This document shows positions 10,379 to 24,155 of a stretch of 36,366 bases of DNA, in pieces. Position 1 is the first letter of the stretch. Every line of letters begins with the position of its first letter. The stretch comes from Catajapyx aquilonaris (Eukaryota). The notes beneath the pieces were generated by a model. It was not told the DNA's origin and ran no database searches. It saw only the letters and a program-made list of their open reading frames with translations. The DNA is taken from contig KZ539256.1 of the NCBI GenBank assembly GCA_000934665.2, positions 1 through 36,366 of the forward strand, in the 5' to 3' direction. Position numbers and translations under genes: made by a program.

Positions 10379-10384
10379 AATAAA
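10379..10384 (+). terminator. Candidate polyadenylation signal of the CCDC92-like gene
   Basis: AATAAA ~150 bp after the stop codon, following an AT-rich 3'UTR-like tract. Confidence 0.55.
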
Positions 10385-11987
10385 AATTTTACACCAACGA
10401 CTGGATTTCATTCATTGCTAAGCATATCACTAAAGTGTATAATGAGGGAATCAATTAATGAGCCCAGAAATTGAGCGGCGACTCTAGTGAAAAGTCAACT
10501 TGGTTGGGGGAGGTTCACTGCAATGTGACGTACAATTTCGGGAGAGTCTGGCCCAACGTGACTGTATGAGTGACATGGGGAAAAATGGGGGAGGGGTCAA
10601 AAAAAGTCAAAGGTTAGTGGACAATTCCAAACTGGATGCAGATTTTGCAGATGTTTGAGTGAATTTTTAAAACCCTTAGTCTACATATGAACCCTGAGAT
10701 TGGAAACATCTTTAGCTACGTATAGGAATTAATCAGGTGAGTGGCCTTCATCTATTTGGATTCACGAAGTATTAGTCTTTCACACAATGGCATATCTATA
10801 GAAGTCAGTTTAAACTACAGGCTCGGGAAAATACGATTTACCGCAGTCCCTGCCGCTTTAGTCACATAATAATGAATTGTATTGCCACTTCATTAGGACC
10901 GAAGTATGCTCGAGTTTATTTCATATTTTCTCGCTTCCAGTATCTGCATATGAAAACGGTCAAAAAGTGACTTACAAATATGCGGCAAAATTACACATAC
11001 AGTGCACTCATTGATGGTAGTCAAGTACCACTTTCAAATAATACAGAACCCTTGCGGAAAATACGAATCTGTCACTTGAATCCCCCTGAAAAAATGGCAA
11101 TAAGGACGTCACAAAGGTGGCCCAACCGTTGAGCATGAGAGTAACTTGATTAATAAGGCATCATTGTATAGCCCACATTCTCCAGCGCTAATAAAGTACA
11201 ATTTCCTATTTTTAGAGATCTGAATGAATTATAGGGAAAAGGTGCCTTCCGATTTCCGTCACGAAATGAGGATGGCCAGCAGCGTTGGCAGATCCCCATA
11301 TTTCAAGTACACCTCTCTAGAAACGGAACATGGAAATTTTGCGAAATTTGCTGCGGAGTTAGTAGTTGGAAGTGGCGAGTATAGGACTCCCGGGGAGCTG
11401 GTCAGGCGGAAACCGCAGGAGAAGGTGGGGGGTGGTGGATGGGTATGGATAGGGGTATGGGAGGGAAGGGAAAATGGTGGGGGGGAGGTAGGGGAAAGAG
11501 GGGGGAGGGGGACGGGAAGAGCCAAGCTGGCCAGCCCAGCTCTCTTCCGCCACAAGCACAGGGCATAAATCCGCCATCTTGGCCGTTAGAGGGCTCAAGG
11601 GACAGCCGCCGTTGCCAACTCCGCCCGCCTCCTCATTTCCGCTGCACATCGCCCGCCCATACTTATTGCAGGCCACTGGTCTCAGTTAGCCCCACGCCGC
11701 CTGCATTAGCCAAACTGCGTGCTCTCCGCAAATTCCTCTCGCACCTACAACTTCCCCTACGCCTTCTCGCTAACTTAGGGGAGGGCAGCTGCGAAATTAG
11801 GCCCATAGCAGCATGTCATCCTGCCAGGCCTATACTTTCATGCTCCTAACTTTGTATTTACAAGGTGGCTCTATTCGCACATATTTTCTGCTCAGTTATG
11901 TATACAACGATTCCAACTTATTTAGCCCTAATAAAATGATAAAAATATTTCTGAACTGATACCGTACCGGCACAAATTATTTTGGCA

Positions 11988-12081
11988 ACTTTATCCTGGT
12001 CTTGAAGCAACCCTTCACGCACACACACTCTTCCTCACCGTGGGATCTGTGGGAAGAGTTGCTTCAAGATCAGGATAAAGT
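11988..12081. repeat. Hairpin-forming inverted repeat (~28-35-bp arms)
   Basis: ACTTTATCCTGGTCTTGAAGCAACCCTT pairs with AAGAGTTGCTTCAAGATCAGGATAAAGT (26/28 Watson-Crick). Confidence 0.9.
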
Positions 12082-12386
12082 GGGAAAAGAATTTGAGCCC
12101 CATAGTACCAGTCTGTGATGCCTACTTTGGCACAGTGCATCAGAGACTTGAACGCTAGCATACCACCCTTTCGTACATCGCGCTCGACTTCCCCTCATGA
12201 CAATCCGGTTCCCAAAATTTCCGATATGAAATCCGAGTGACAAAACCGCCCGGTCCACTCTCTCAACCTTATCCTCCTGTATCAGAGGAGACCCCTAGAG
12301 CAACGCATGACCTATTTACTCTTGAATGGCCAAATGGACCTTGTCGGAATAGTAGAGAAGGAAAGTGGGTAACAATAGTGCTGTTG

Positions 12387-12427
12387 GAGTGAGTGAGTGA
12401 GTAAGAGTGAGTGAGTGAGTGAGTGAG
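12387..12427. repeat. (GAGT)n microsatellite
   Basis: About 10 GAGT units with one interruption. A (GGA)n tract follows at ~12618-12641. Confidence 0.9.
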
Positions 12428-13799
12428 GTTTGTAGTAGAGTCGACGGAAGGCGGGCTAAACTCCTGGGGATGCTGCAGTTGTCCACTTGGACGCTTCCAG
12501 CAAGGAATTAGCGTGCAGCACGAGAGCGTGGGAATCAAGGCAGGGGACACCACCTGCATCGGCGACCAACATGGGATTGGGATGAGAGGACAGGATAGCG
12601 GGATAGGGGGTGGTACAGGAGGAGGAGGAGGAGGAGGAGGAGAAGCAGACCAGGAGTAAAGGAACAGTGGAAAATCTGAGTGCACTGGATAGTGGCAGAT
12701 TAATCATTCTAATTGTGTGGAAAGGATTGGGGGAGATGGCCAAAAACCGCCTCGTATCAGCTTCCAAATGTACCAGATTCAAGTTATTACTCTGATCACT
12801 TTCCTAGAAGCATGGAAGAACTATTGGTACCAACTAATAGAAATCTTTGCTATACTCATGATGAATAACAAAGGATCAATAATTTTCTCTGGATTTAATA
12901 TCGATCGCGCCACTGGGCCTCGGGATATTATAGCATTGAACTTTCGGTTTAATTTTTTAAGGTCCGGTGGCACCGCCTTCGGAAAAAGATAGGCCTACAG
13001 AAGTGTTTGTTCGTATATTGTCAACTAAAATAACGAATAACAAACTTCTTTGTCTCTTTTCCGGCCGGAAATGTTTCCTGGGGCAATTTATTGACCGTTG
13101 TTATTCATTATTGGTAACAATAAGCAAACCAATAGCAATGTTCTATAACTTTTCTGGATTTACAATCGAGCATGTAACCGACCATAAGAGCAACGTATTA
13201 TTTATACAAAATGATCCGGCATTTGACCAAAGAAACTCCAAGTATGACCTCTTTCGAATACTTTGGCGAATGTGACAGGTTGCCTGCCACACTTGAATGG
13301 TATATTCGCCAGATTACGTGTTCTGCAATCTTAAAGGCGAATAAAATTGTGATTTTTAAAATTCTCTAATCAAAAACTAATGGTTCCTACATGTGAGTGA
13401 CATTTTAAACTTGAGCGATACTTAAATTGTTAAATAATTTGGTATGAAATATGAAAATATTTTATTAGGATGTGAAGCTTCATTCACTGAGAAATAAATG
13501 AAGACCTGAAATGTAGAACAATCAGAGTCACATTTTGGTCGATATTGAGTCAAGTATTGTCAAGAGACAACGATGAATAGTGTAGCCTTTGACATATGTC
13601 TTCTAACGCTCAAGCCAGGATTCTGATAGGCCAAATACAGTCTCCCAGAAACATGTGGGTTTGAAGAAAAAGGATCCATAAGGGATGCTGTTCTCTTCAA
13701 ACTTCAATCTGTCATAATATATTATTTTAAAGTCATTCCACTGTTACTCTGAGAGTTCTTCATGCCAAATCTACAAACAGTCACAGCATATCTTTTGGG

Positions 13800-13930
13800 C
13801 AGCATCATAATATAGTGCTACATCTTTTTACCTCTGCGGTCATGAGTTCGAATCCCGGATCAGGCAGAGAACTTTATCACGAAAAAATAATTTTCATGGG
13901 TTCTCTTCGTACTCGTGATTGAATAAAATC
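13800..13930 (+). mobile_element. Degenerate tRNA-derived SINE head
   Basis: B-box-like GAGTTCGAATCCC at 13844-13856 followed by GGATCAGGCAGAGAA. No tRNA fold. Confidence 0.45.
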
Positions 13931-16900
13931 GGGTTATTTAAAAGAGAATCGTCTAAACTGTCACAGGGCATCATCGTCGTCGTCGTTAACTATAACCTAC
14001 ATTAGATTATTGTTTTTTGTTGTTATATATTTAGGGTCATACCATAAATTTCACGTAACAGTCCCGATTATTTCAGTTTGTGACGTCAGCATTATTGTAA
14101 TGATCACGGCTATCTTATGATTCCCGTACAATTCTCGAGGAATACAATAATTACCTTTTAATGACGCCAAAGCTTCAATTCTAATGTAACATACGTTGAC
14201 CCTCCTTAAAGTTCAATAACTCTTCTGAAGTGCGCAGCCTGGATAGCCAACCACGGTTTTCAATTCCCTCGGTCAGTCACTGCGATTGCCGTACATGATT
14301 TAATGGCTCTGTCATTAGCATTGACAGCGAGGATTGGTGTATTGCTATAATTATATTGCATATTTTATGGGAAGGTCCTTATCACATTAGCTGGCATTAT
14401 CTAAACGATTCCCGACAAATTGTGGACCATACAACTAATATAGGCAGTAAGAGAACCTGGTTTTGTAAAAACAAAAAGGATTGATGCTCGAAGTAATAGA
14501 ACAATCAGAGCAATGGTTGTATTAATAGGGAACATCCAAGCAACATAAGCGTCGTAATAATTATGTTCTGAACACTAATGAAAAGTATCACATTTTCTTC
14601 TTTTCATATTCACTGTAGTGTATTAATATTGTAAGAGTTTGTAGGGCCTACTACATGTTGATTAGCCTACCATTGCAATCACGAAAACTGCTTCCCATTA
14701 AGGTACAGACTGCTATTTTAGAACATCCAAGCCATTACTGTACGCTACTATTGACATAATATAGGCTAATAATACCCCAGCATATTACAGTACAGTGGAT
14801 AGTACGGATGATTTGTGCCGGTTGTCTATCACGATGTGATACTCTGAGGCTAACTTATACTCACCGGAAGTCAGACCGGAAGTTACAGATATAACCAATC
14901 AGGCAGGAAATATATATTTAAAAAGAATTATCAATAAACTTGAACATATGCAGTCTCTCCGGATTGGTCACAACAGACACTTCTGACATATCATAAATTC
15001 TTCACGATTGTTCAAAAATAAATGAATCAAACCCGAAAATCATGTGGCATCCTAAAGTTGCACCAGTGGCTTTAAAAACAATAACCGATCCTGTAGAGCA
15101 TCCCTTACCGGTTTTTCCGGGAACGAAACAGGTAATCTTTAATTTACATTAAAGTTTCACGCGGATGTGTGTTGCGTGTTGTTTGTGTTGCTGTGTGCTT
15201 TTCCCCTCGCTCCATCCACCCCCCTCCCCCCATCCCTCCCTCCCCACACACACACACCCTCCCCATCCCATCCCTCCCACAACCTTCCCCCACTTTGTGT
15301 ACAGCAATCGCTGCTAGAAAATCGAAACCCACCACAAAGGGGGAGAGGTTGTGGTTGTCCTAATTATCTCAACCTGTGCGGTTGGGAAGAAAGGTCACAA
15401 AACCACCCACCCACCCCACCCCCCTAAAAAAAATATATAAAGCATAGCAGCTATCCAGGACAGACAAGTTGATGACAAATATGAAGTCCACTTAGAAGCA
15501 GATCCGAGAGTATATTTCATAACCGCTTTTACCCAAGTATATATAGGCGGGAAAGGAAATTGTGTTGGATGTTGAAGGGACATGAAGGGCTTGCAGCAGG
15601 AGGATATTGAGTCTGAGCTTCCCCTCCTCCTCCTCCTCCCTTCCCTCTTCTTGGACAGGCGGCTAATCTGAGGGCCTCTCTGTCTATAGGCCACACTCGG
15701 ATAATATTCTGGATGTAATATGCGGTGGTAGATGCGATGGAAGAGGAAGAGAGGCAGAGGCTGTAGAGCGCGCAGCTGCCGCCTTTTACCTCTTATCTAG
15801 CCCTCCCCTCCTCCCTACTTCCCATCCACCCCCTTTTCCTCTTGGCCCTCTTTGGTTGCAGCCGTTTCCACCCAAAAGCCTAGCCCCGGTCGGGTATTTG
15901 CATACTAAGGGACTAATGGTCAGCGCTAGAGCCAGCCTCCCAGTTCTTACAGTACATATCACATCCGAATGTTTGCTTTGCTCCGACGCCGCCGTTTTGG
16001 AGGGCCCCCAAAAACGACCCCCCTTTCCACCCACCTAATATCCTACCTCTCGCCATTCCCTCCCTGCTGCTGTCACGGGCGGCCCTGGGGCGGCCCCGCT
16101 TCCTAAGCATGGGAGTACACAACCAGAGTCAGGTTACATGGCTAGGATGTACAGGGTAGGTTTATATGGCTGGACCATGATGCTGCGGGGGGTGGGTGGT
16201 AGGGTGGTAGGGAAAAGAGGGGGGGGCGCGAAATTAAGGCTCCGGGAAAAGGCGGCTTCCGGGCGTCCAAGCAATCCCCCCTAGCCCTGTGGGCCAGTGT
16301 CCAGCACGTTAATTTGCATAGTTGATTTGCGCACTGCCCAAGCTGAGATTGTGGCTGGAGCGCTGTTGCCAGCTTGGAAAAGCCTGGACTTTACCTCTTT
16401 TCCTATGGATTCCTACCTAACTGGAGGGCCTCTGCTTATAAAGAGAGGGCAGACCACATCCAGGCCCACAAAACCATCTTGCCTTACACCTTCCTCAACT
16501 TTTACCCACCACACCTGGCAACAACTTTAGGGTCAAGATTACTCGGGCCGCGCGCAAGGATGAACAAAGTTGGCCAACTCGATTAACCGGATTAGTGCTC
16601 AAGGTGTGCAATTATGGCTGTGCAAATAAGCAGCCAGCCTTCTACCACCGTCAGAGGATGACTTTTCCAAAAATCATCAAGTGACCCACTCCCATCTTTA
16701 GTGTCACACACAAAAAAATGTTAGACCCATATTTTTTTGGACATATTAACCCTCTTTGAGCCTACTCGTTTGGTATGTCCAGCTGACAAGAGCTTCCAAT
16801 GTGACATAATGACGATTGGCATGAAACGGTTCAGTCATTGGCAGCGCAGTTGACAGATAATTTGACAACTATTACAACATTACAAACCAGCTGACCGCCC

Positions 16901-18327
16901 ATCTAGACTAATCAGAAGCACAATTCATAATTTAATTGTGCGCTGTGTCAGCACTTTTTTAGCGATTTGCACCCCCGAGTTAGCCATTTAGCAGTATAAT
17001 AAAAGGCGTCATTCTACATCACCGAACACATGTAATATAGCTACTCAAAATGCCTGGTGTCATTGTATAGGCTGGATCATTAATCGCTCCAATTATATTA
17101 TTAGAGCACAAAAATGACCCAGTCGCCTTGTTTTTGAGCGACACTGGGACCCTCTCGATTATCTATTTTGGGTCATCCCGGAAATTATGGACATTTACAC
17201 CAGTGCGTTTAAGCTAACAGAAAAAAAGGAGGACAAGTTCTAAATTATGGCAACAATTTGTCTCTGGTCCCGGAATTTGCGGACATCATTTTCCAGCGGC
17301 AAAGCATAAAAAATGAGGGGCTAAAGAGTGAACCGCGTAGGGTGGGCCCAGTTTGAGGAAGTCTAAGCCAAGTGTTGGGAAAAGTGGGTGGTAGGGGGGG
17401 GGGGGGTTGTGGGTTCGAGTCCCGCTGCGGGCAAAGAGGAGGAGGAGTTAGTTTCCTCGGTTGCATCCCCTGGTGCGGCTCTAGCTAGCTCAGTGTGTCC
17501 GGCGGGCGCATAAATTCCCCCCCACTCCCTCCTCCCACCTTCCCACCACCACCACCCCCCCCCCTTCCCCAAAAGCCCCTGGCCCTGCAAAACCAACCCC
17601 ATCCCCATACATCTTGGCCCTCACATGCAATTGAACGCAAACGGCCAGGCAGCAGCACTGTGTAAATCACCAGCGTGCCTCACGCGCTTCCATCCCCTTG
17701 GAATTCTGGAAATTAATTACTGGTCCTGGCAACCCCTTCGCCGGGGCTCTAAATTCCCGCCTCGTCACAGCCAACGTGCCTCCCACAACCCCCCCTCCCC
17801 CTCCACCCCCCTACTCCCAAACACCATCCTCCCATATTCATGTGAATGTGTGTGGTCCCCCACGATGAACCCCCTGAAGGGAGTTCTTTTGGGTCCATAC
17901 AATGTTAGAATATGAGACGTCACCCTGTAGCTTGACCAACCTCAACATGGGAGTCGTTCTGTAGATGTGGGATATTGAGTATTTATATATTTTTTCCTTG
18001 CAAGTTGTGGTGTCTTGTCTATAGTGGCATTGTCTTGCGACATTGCGCAAGTGCACGTTAAAGATCCCCAGAGTGGCCAAATTTCCAGGAGGAGGACCAC
18101 CCCCTGGCGTCGGTGTTGAGCATTAGCAGCAGAAATAGGCAGACGTTAAGCCTCACTGATAAAGGTGTCTTGTCTAGATGCGAGGAGTTTGTGATGAAGA
18201 GGAACGAGTATGTGGGGAAAACACTGATGGTATTGGAGGAAACACTTTCATATCGGGATACCGAATGTGGCACGTTGTATCAACCTACTCCATGACCTAA
18301 CTTTTCTTCCTGGCTGTTACACACCGT

Positions 18328-18412
18328 CCTACTTTCAGCAGATACACCCCTACTTTCAACGGATACACGCCTACTTTCAGCGGATACAAGCTTATATTTC
18401 AGCGGATACAAA
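18328..18412. repeat. 21-bp minisatellite, 4 copies
   Basis: CCTACTTTCAGCAGATACACC / CCTACTTTCAACGGATACACG / CCTACTTTCAGCGGATACAAG / CTTATATTTCAGCGGATACAAA. Confidence 0.9.
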
Positions 18413-21400
18413 CCTAGGATAGTAGGTAAAAGTGTGGGGTCTCCTGATACGAAAGTGTAGCCATCATCCAAAAGAATCTTAAAAAGTGATTGGCTTAAAT
18501 GATTTTCCTATTAATGTGTTATTCAAAAGTAACACAAATGTATACAGGATGGTGCAAAAATTTCCAAGCAATGAACAACCTGCATTTAAAAACGCAATTA
18601 AATTATTTAAGAGCTGATTGCATATTAATAACAATAATGACCTAGAACCGCTCCTTAAAAATCAGTAAAATTATTCAATCTGGCAGACTTTGTCATCATC
18701 GTGATGCAAATAGGCCTAATGCCAACATCACTCCCAAGAAACCGCGGAATGCATACAACCCATCCCTATCATCCGGCACGTTTTGGCTCACCCTGTGCAG
18801 TTGGGCAAGCTTACAAAATTTCAGAAATGGTGAGATATGTTCCTGACTCCGGGTAAGCTGCAAAGAAAGGTGATAGCCTCTGTGTGCATACCACATATAT
18901 GCGGAGTGCAAGCCCGGATATTGAAAGCTGGAATGAGGGGGGGGGGGNGGGTGGAATGGTGGGGGTAGTAGAGGACGTGCGCTGGCTAGCTAATATAGGG
19001 TGGGGCAGGGATAGTCAGATAGAGGGGTGGAGGGGGGGGGGGAGAAGCTTCCTTTTTGGGTCCGTGGAGGGCGGGGATTTGGCGCGGGGTAATAATCACC
19101 GGCACCTTGTGAGTGGCCACTGAATTGGCAGGGATTTTTCACGGCAGTCAGATGAGGACGATAGACCATCCGTGCAAATCCACGGAGCCTCATTAAGTCA
19201 ATTAACTCCACTCTGTTGTAACAGTCGGGCCTTGCCATGATTGGCAAGGCCCGTGAAATTGTTGTTGCGCTTTCTCTGGAGTGTGGATGGAGGCGGTGGA
19301 GCAGAATCTCCCNCCCCCCCCCCCCCATCCCTCCCTAGGAAGAAGCCAAGCGATTTGTAGCCACTGCTGGATGGTGTCCCAGGTCACGTAAAAAGGCAGC
19401 ATGGGTTGGGGATGGCCAGCAGTTTCTTCTCTCTCTGGCAGGCAAGGTGGCGGCCATTAGCGGAATCCGCCAGCACGGAGAGGTTATTTATCATTCCTCC
19501 GACTATTTTCCTCTCCTTTTCCCTCCCCCTCCCCCTTTTGCCCCCTTTCCCTACCGCCGCCGGTCCACTCCATTTGTCACTGGCCTCATTACAACTGCAA
19601 ACCTTCCAATATGGTACCTGCACCAGGCTTCCTCCCTACACTGTATAATTATGCAGGGCTCAGACCCGGCTTCACTCACCAGTTGGACATACCGGTACCG
19701 GCTAATTACTTGAGCGTCTTGGTGTCGCCATCTTTTTCATAGGCTACTGACTATCTGGCGTCCGGATGTTAACAAGGCTCAGATTCGCCTGCTTCTCGGA
19801 TTACTAAGAGGGGCTGGCCAGACTAAATCCCAGGCCACGGAATTGTAAGCCTTAATTGAGCGGGCAGTGCCGTGCCCCGTAAAAGGTCACAATGGCCACC
19901 CACCCTCCCCCTTCCCCTCCCTTCCCCCCCCCCCATTTCTGCCTCCCGCAACTCAATAAACGCGAAACGGACAATGCGCCACGTACGCTCTTCCCTCCCA
20001 GAATTTGATCTTTATTATAACTAGCCGGATCCCATCTCCGGATAATCAGACTAGGGATACGCCCCTGTCACTGGATATCCTGGACCGCTGGCCTCCCAAG
20101 TTAACATCGTACCATCTTCCACTTCATTAGTTTCCATTACCCGCCTTTATCCCTTCGAACAGCTATACATTTGAGTCTACATCTCTGCTAAGTGTCATTG
20201 GAAACCTAAGCTTTACTTATAATGCCCAACAAGTACCAGCACATTATTTATGTGGGTTGGAATTATACATAAGGTGGAAGGGGGGGGGAGGGGAAATGCT
20301 ATTTAACTTATAGTAGGCGCTGATATGTTCTAATGGGATGTGTCGTATGCTCGTTTAGGTAGGGCCTGAATCATAGCACGTGTTTGTCGACTCTATCAAA
20401 ATCACAGGGAGATGTTTTGCAGGCTTGGTGAGAGTGACAACTACAGTGTGTTTAATTTAAAGGGGGGGGGGGGGGTATTAAGTTTCCGTCGTGTAATTGG
20501 CACTAGGTTGCTTTTTATTAAGCAATTACTTCTTAAGATTGCGTCCAGGGGTAGTAAAAGTATTAACTGCTAATATTAAGTTGAGAGATGATGGTAGGGG
20601 GAGCTTGAAGGCTTGTAAAAAGGTAGATAAATTAATGAAGATGCCAACATTTAGCGTCAGATTTGCAACAATGCAGGAGATGAACCACAAACCTTATTGG
20701 CCCAGTTCAGTACGGAAAACTATTACGGAAAGAATAGGCTATATAGGCATGTTTCACTGTAGAGTGTAGAGTAATCTAATCGTACGATGATCTGCACAAT
20801 CATCAGGAGAGAGAGGGATTAAGACACTGTGGTCAGACATAATAGCGTGGAAGAATTCCACAGGTCAAGCTTAGTGACATAGAAACACCATGACTGTTAC
20901 AATTTTGTCTCCGCCTCTTTTTAGCTTTTAGTAATTTAATTGTATTTGCGCCCTCCAAAATCTCATTTCAACGTATGAGCGCAAATTAAGTTAACCTCAT
21001 TTTCCCGTTCTCTGAAAAGTCGTCTTTTTGACACAAACATCCTTCCCTTCACCTCAGATTTTTCGCACTTTCCCCAAAATTTTGTATGCGCATATTTTCT
21101 AGAGGAAGTTTTCACCCATGTCATACTTTTAAAAATTTTACATTGAAATTTTCTCATTTCCAACTTGCTTAGCATGTGATCCAATACATTGTGGTAATGG
21201 ATAATGTGCTTTTATCCCCTGGATTATGGGGTGGGATTCCATGGTCAAGTGAGTGAGAAAAGAATTCCCCTCCTTCAAACTTGTCATCCATACTACATAA
21301 GCAGTCAGACCCGCCAAATAAAATCCTGGTTACAACCATGGATGTGAGGTTTCTACCTGCATAAGCCTCCCAATTTTCTGCTCTGAGTACGGGAAGCTTC

Positions 21401-22368
21401 TGACTTATCTCCGACGGTGGAAGGGGTTTTGTGGTGGTGCCAATTTTTATCTACGTATACGCACAAAAATTTCATTTTTTAAAAAAACTCAAAGTGTTTT
21501 TTTTTGTCCTGCTATTAGTTAGGAATTCTTCCCAGAATGTCATCTTAGCCAAGCTTCAAGTATAGGTTGACTCATTATGAATATAGGTATCGGTATATTT
21601 AAAAATCATTATTTCGCTTTCTCACTTACGCAAGAATATTAATGACATGATAGACTGCTTAATTAATAATGCGTTAATACCTCACATATAAGAACGTTGA
21701 CCACACTTTTGTAACGCAATACTGTTATGCATAAGTACAAGCCAGTCCCGATTTCCGCTCATTTGGAGAAGCTTACTAATTTGAGTCATAATAAGGACTG
21801 ACGCCCAGTTAGCACATATGTTATACCAAGCCATGTACTCTCGTGTAATGTGCCGTGTATACCTCCCCAAGCAACATCAATTTCATTTTAAAAATATTTT
21901 ACAAAGGTGTCGAGTAACATCCCGAGAAAAAAAAATCCTATCTCGTCACAAAGCAGCAGCAGCAAAAAAAAAATGATCAACGCGGCAGCTAATTAATCCT
22001 TACGAACTACATTCCTGAGACTTCGAAATAATTACAGCCCGGTCCGATCCCTTTCAAAGCGCTGTCATCAAAGCATCTTAATACTTGAGCGTACCGGGTA
22101 CTACAGTTATGAAGACATAAATGAGACTACACTCTCATTACCCAGAGCTTTTAGAAAAAGCCTGGACTCAATATGAGGTCCAAAACAAAATGAGCCTTCA
22201 ATGCAACCTGGGCCGTGCTGAATCGACATGCATTAATTAAGCAGAGCTATTCAGACGAGCGAGGTCCACGAAGATGGTCGGCTTCTCCTTGCTTCCAACT
22301 ACAGACGTGTGGCACATAAACCACATGTGGGTGTGCGCGTGCGTGTGGAGGAGGTGGAGGAGGAGGGG

Positions 22369-22465
22369 NNNNNNNNNNNNNNNNNNNNNNNNNNNNNNNN
22401 NNNNNNNNNNNNNNNNNNNNNNNNNNNNNNNNNNNNNNNNNNNNNNNNNNNNNNNNNNNNNNNNN
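22369..22465. other. Assembly gap (run of N)
   Basis: 97 N bases following a GGA/G-rich tract. Confidence 0.99.
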
Positions 22466-23875
22466 CAAGTTTTCCTGCCAGAAGCTGTGGCAGTAATCCA
22501 GCGCGGTTGGGGTGGGCAGGGGCCACTCCGCTGGCCAGTGCCGCCAGGGGCACAGACCCTATGTTGCCAACTCCACCGTACTTGCTCCTTGTATGCTGCA
22601 TATAGTCTGACATGGTGGGAAGACGGGGGGGAAGGAGGAAACAGGGGGGGAGGGGGATAAGGAAGCAAAGGAGGGCGGGGAGAAGGAGGATGTTTCTCAG
22701 GAACACCAATGAAATGTCCTCTACCCCCTACTTATGTACTCTTGGATTCCAAATATTAGGTTTCCTATTGGACCCCCTAGTATACAATCGACCCCTTGGA
22801 TGGACTATAGCTTGTTAAGTTGGCTCTTGGAACATTATACCCTCATTCATGCTGACGTATTAGGAGAGGTTGTTTACCAAGATTAAGCTAAAAGTGCCGA
22901 CAAATTTTTACTAAGTGCGTTTGTTATTGTAAGCCTAGAAGTTACTTAAAATATTCAATCCAATCAGATTCTTACGCGCAGTTGTAAGAACAGTATTTTC
23001 CAATAGATGAGCTACCGAGATAGTTTTTACATCTCAACTTTGAATTGGCTGCCAAATTTGTAGTAAGCGTACGATTATTTTGACTTCCTGCTGGTAAACC
23101 TCTAATCCTAAATTATAGCACATTTAGTTAGTGCAAATACGACACAGTTATATCCCAGTATGATGGCCAGTTGGGAGGCTAGGTTCTTTCTTCATCCTGA
23201 CCCGCAGGCAACCCATGCGGTTCAATTGGCTACCATGTTGCCTGGTGTGCAGGGGTATCCCGTTACAAAATTCTATACAAGGGCCAGTCCAGCCGTATAA
23301 TTATGCTCATATGACTAGGCAGTGCTGTACGGTACCTCGTCCAGTATTTAAAAGAGAAAAATAGCAGGAGCACCCTTCATATTGCACATTAGCTGCGAAT
23401 GCCCGTAATAAGCCCATACGAGAAAACGATAATCGAGTGAATTAAAAATATTTCACCAGAAGTAACCCTATAGAGTCGACCATCTAGTGAAAAATGAAAG
23501 TGCCTCGTATAGTCAAAACCAATATTATATCTATTACCGCATGGCCATTTTTGAGTAGGAATTTTTCAAATGTGATGGAAATTTCCATCATATTCATCAT
23601 CACTAAATTTTAGGTAGGGATAATTGTACGATAAACTGTACTACGAAGATAAACTGTACTATATTAGAAGAATTGTACGATAAATTGTACGATACGTGCA
23701 GTACAATGCCTGTGACGAAAGTGGTACTACAGGTCACCGTGACATTGCGTATCCCGTGACTCAGTTGCATTTACAAGGGCATGTTCGATATTTACTAACG
23801 CCCAATGCCAACATATGCAAATTACTGTGCAAAAATCCCAAAACGGAAATTGATTTGCAAGGTGCCTACAGGTAT

Positions 23876-23964
<89 letters not shown>

Positions 23965-24021
23965 AACAACAACTATTACTATACAGCTACAACTACAACA
24001 ACAACTACGACGGCGACGACG
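23876..24021. repeat. Compound trinucleotide microsatellite: (ATG)~29 then ACA/ACT/CGA tracts
   Basis: Pure ATG repeat at 23876-23962, followed by degenerate ACA/ACT/CGA triplets. Confidence 0.97.
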
Positions 24022-24155
24022 CAGTCAATTAGAAGAGCGTGTAATTATATGCAGGCCTTTTCCTCAAGTCTAAAATGACACATTACATTTCCTGTGAGGT
24101 CGTAAATATTGAGAATTTCATATACAGTGTAACGGATGTTTTTTAAAATTGAAAT

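Noticed and set aside
10505..10640. Possible PIF/Harbinger-type MITE remnant (GGGGGAGGGGTCAAAAAA, GTGACGT)
   Set aside because: No recoverable TIR pair or TSD.
11224..12795. Overlapping Gly/Pro/Glu-rich ORFs
   Set aside because: Produced by G/C runs and GGA/GAGT microsatellites. No domain similarity or consistent splice structure.
17405..17435. GGTTCGAGTCCC B-box suggesting a tRNA gene
   Set aside because: Preceded by a poly-G run, with no A-box, D arm or acceptor stem.
18060..18295. Open, protein-like frame (SPEWPNFQEEDHPLASVLS...LYQPTP)
   Set aside because: No ATG start, no convincing splice acceptor and no recognisable homology. It cannot be supported without RNA-seq.
23696..24073. 125-aa poly-Met ORF
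   Set aside because: Artefact of the (ATG)n microsatellite with a GTG start.
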